This document shows, piece by piece, positions 60,622 to 64,000 of a DNA stretch of 64,000 bases. The DNA lies in the NCBI GenBank assembly GCA_973895155.1, contig OZ316892.1:24635133-24699132 (forward strand), in the 5' to 3' direction. The position numbers and the translations under genes are program-made. The stretch is from Marsupella aquatica (Eukaryota; Plantae; Marchantiophyta). The notes beneath the pieces were generated by a model, which saw nothing but the letters and a program-made list of their open reading frames with translations, made no database searches and was not told the DNA's origin. Within the stretch, counting starts at the first letter, position 1; each line of letters starts with the position of its first letter.

Positions 60622-62160
60622 CATAGTAGACAGAGAATTTGTCTATCAAAGGTAAATGTAAGACACATAAATGATGAGAATTACAAGTACACCAATTAAC
60701 TCACAAATAAATAATGTAAAAGTTTCTGAGCCGGGTGACTGCTCAAGACAGAGAATAGTGTTATCTGGTCAAAGGTCGAATGATGTAAGACCCGTAGATG
60801 ATGAGTATTACAAGTACACCAGGTTACTTACAAATAAACAATGTAAATTTTCTGAGCTAGATGACTGCTGTAGACGGACAATGACGTTGTCTGTCAAAGA
60901 TAAGTCTAGGAGTGTAAATGATAGGAATTACAAGTACACGACACAATTTTCAAATAAGTAACGTGAATTCTTGCCAAGTGAAGGGTCTAAACAGAGACCA
61001 GTGTTGTCTGTCAAAGATAATTGTAAGACATATAATGATGGGAATAGTGTAAGACAGAGAATAGTGTTTTCTGTCGAAGGGAAATGTAAGACATGTAAAT
61101 GATGGGAATTACAAGTACACCAATTAATTCACATGTCAAGTGAATACAGTAAACTTCTCCGAGCCAGATGAGTGCTCTAGATAGACAATAGCGTTGTCTG
61201 TCAAGGATAAGTCTTTGGAGTATAAATGATAAAAATTCCAAGTACACCAAACAATTTTCAAATAAGTAATGTGAATTATCTGAGCCAAGTGAAGGGTTCA
61301 CACAGAGAATAGTATTGTCTGTCAAAGATATATGTAATATGTGAATGATGGGAATTACCAGTACACCAGTTAACTCACAATAAATAATGTAAAATCTCTG
61401 AGCCAGGTGAGTGAGACAGAGAATAGTGTTTCTGTCAGAGATAAATGTAAGACACGTAATAATGGAATTTACAAGTACAACAATTAATTCACAAGTATAT
61501 AATGTAAACTTTTCTGAGCCAGATGAGTGCTATAGAATGAGTGCTCTAGACAGACAAGAGTGTTGTCTGTAAAAGATAAGTCTTGAGTGTAAATGATGGG
61601 AATTACAACTAGAGCAAACCATTCTCAAATAAGCAATGTGAATTTTTCTGAGCCAAGTGAAGGGCCTAAACATAGAACAGTATTGTCTGTCAAAGATAAA
61701 TGTTCTGTAAATGATAGGAATTACCAGTACACCAAATAACTCATAAATAATGTAATATATGTGAGCCAGGTGAGTGCCCTAGATAGACAATAGCAATGTC
61801 TGTCAAAGGTAAATGTAAGACACCTAAATGGTTGGAATTATAAGTACACCAATTTATCCCAAGTAAATAACGGAAACTTTTCTGAGCCAGATGAGTACCC
61901 TAGACAGACCATAGTGTTGTCTGTCAGAGACAAGTCTTGGAGTGTAAATGATGGGTTATAAGTACACCAAAAAAAATTCAAATAAATAATGTAATTTTTT
62001 CTGAGCCAAGTGAAGGGTCTAAACAGAGAACAGTGTTGTCTGTCAAAGATTAATGCAAGATAAAACCATGGGAATTACAAATACACCAATTAGTTCACAT
62101 ATAAATACTTGAAGATTTCTGAGCCAAATGAGTACTCTAGACAGACAACAGTGTTGTCTA
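60622..62160. repeat. ~120-bp satellite array (about 13 units) with an ABC trimeric higher-order repeat; detached partial unit at 48750-48816
   Basis: AATTACAAGTACACC recurs every 118-130 bp; the variants GAGCCAGGTGAG, GAGCCAGATGAG and GAGCCAAGTGAAGGG alternate regularly. Confidence 0.9.
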
Positions 62161-63590
62161 TGAGTATGACTGGGAGTGTGACAAGTTGTCAGGTGCAATT
62201 AAGCATCCCCTGCGAGAAACTAGGGTGAGAGGGGAAATGGCCTGGAGGTGAAAAAGGGGAATGACCAGGTGACACGAGGCATGGCCATGCAGAACCTCAA
62301 TGTCTAAATTAACAAGATATACATATATTTGCATCATAAATCATATATGAGAGTCCTTTTTCCATCAGGACAATGACTAGCATAAAATCCATTGCACAGA
62401 TAATTGTGTGAATCACACACAGATACAAGAATGATAAAATAAGAACACAGTTACATAGCAAATCTTAACAGAATACTTATGCACTCACTAACTCACCCGG
62501 GTTAGGATTTAAGGTGATGACCAAGAAAGACAACATTTGTGTAATTTGTTTAAAGAGATTATCTCTGCAAACAAAACAATGATTTAATTATTGAACACAC
62601 AATGATGATACTAATATCACCTTAGCAATTGGCCATCAATGTGCTCCAGGCTGACTATATTTTCAAGGCTGATTAAGAGCATGTTGGCATTGCTTTTGCG
62701 ATAGCATCTGCAACCAGTTATTTCTAAACTTCATGTTGAATAACGCCGCCCCCCCCCCCCCGTGGGCGCGTGCGCGCCATCTCACACACACATTACAAGG
62801 GGGCCCAGATCAGATGGCCAGATTTGGTGATGTAGATATTACACCAATCATAATGTTTAGTGTCAAACAGAATTAGTCTAGGTTGGAAATTCTTCAGGTC
62901 CAGATTAAATACTAACGTTTTCTGGCTGATAATGTTTCTAGTAAAACTGTCTCAAGAAATGACATTAGAAAACGGACTCTCTTGAGACAGTTATGGGTTT
63001 GGGTTCATCCTCCCACTAATATGTAAACCTGATTTTGACCCTTATTCAAAATGGTGGAGACCAGACCAAATTATTCTGCACCTCGTTTTATTGAATCAGG
63101 AATTCCAGTAGTAAGAGAATCACCATACAGCACAAAGAAGGGCAGATGAACAATCTTTGCATTTCGTGCTTGAAGGTTGCCCATTAGGAAATGGACGACC
63201 CGTTTTAACTCGAGGGTGGAAGTTTGCCCCTACCATCACTTGGAAAGGGGATTTGCACTTTGATCTTCTACAAAATCACTAGACCTTGAGACAGTCTCCA
63301 CCCCGCTCCCCCCTTCCCCCCCCCCCCCCCGCCCCCCCCCCTCACTCTCCAACACAAAAATAACAATGTGAAGGAAACACGCAGACCAAGCTTTAGGGAG
63401 AGATCACCCAAGATAAAGACAGTGAAGGAAAGCATTGAGATTTCTTACATTGACAGCCTTTTATGTTGAAGTCCATAGTTTGCCACTCTTTTCAGTTGAA
63501 GTATTACCTTGCAAATTTGTTTTGCAGCTGGCTAAGAAAAATAACTCTAGGTAGTTTGGATGGTCCAAATGTCAACATCTTGACAGTTTC

Positions 63591-63676
63591 GTCATCTGAA
63601 AGTTGTCATTATCCGCGCCCTGGCCCACCCAAAACTGTCATCTGAAAGTTGTCATTATCTGCGCCCTGGCCCACCC
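63591..63676. repeat. 46-bp tandem duplication
   Basis: GTCATCTGAAAGTTGTCATTATC.GCGCCCTGGCCCACCC occurs twice. Confidence 0.85.
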
Positions 63677-64000
63677 ATGACCGCCGGGGGAGGGGGGGTT
63701 GTTACAGATGGGGCAGCCTACCAGGAGGGGAGGGGAGCAAAGTAAGAGACCCAACCTAATGTTGTGGGTTAGAAAATGTGTTGTGGGTAGTATAAAAGAA
63801 ATGAACGACTGGTGCAAGTATCATCAGTGACTCACACTCACCGATTCTCAGTTTGATTGAAATCAATGCTATCTCCACCTGCCAAAAGTCATTCCACATT
63901 TGCTGTACAGAATCTGCCGAGTTGAAAACGAGAATTCAGCTTAACCGGTTGCTCATCAATATTTATTACAAACTTAATTTCCCTAAAGTCAAGGATTATG

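Noticed and set aside
60622-62160. CRISPR-like array
   Set aside because: Whole units are homologous with no unique spacers, there are no cas genes, and the context is eukaryotic.

Overview
Eukaryotic nuclear DNA with spliceosomal GT-AG introns, most likely a non-seed land plant such as a bryophyte (inferred from gene content and TE types; the taxon cannot be fixed from sequence alone). Host genes: a DOXC-class 2-oxoglutarate/Fe(II) dioxygenase (80-2229, one frameshift in the last exon), a FAN/NSMAF-like GRAM-BEACH-WD40 gene of about 21 exons (8046-17053), and a plant C2H2 zinc-finger/ADP-ribosyltransferase-fold gene (36001-38050). The intergenic DNA is TE-rich: a tandem TRIM whose LTR carries a tRNA-like sequence (in the dioxygenase intron), two related solo LTRs with perfect 5-bp TSDs, a non-LTR RT remnant, an orphan OPR/Old Yellow Enzyme exon, and several tandem arrays. 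The main finding is a complete 10.2-kb CACTA (En/Spm) transposon (48836-59033, TTT TSD). Its TnpD-like transposase locus contains an intact SET-domain exon placed between the transposase-associated Cys/His exon and the catalytic exons. It also has a divergently oriented second ORF and internal clusters of its own subterminal CCGA motif, making it a candidate transposon-encoded chromatin-modifying system. The CACTA sits in the TIR of an older TA-flanked DNA transposon, which in turn interrupts a ~120-bp satellite with a trimeric higher-order structure.
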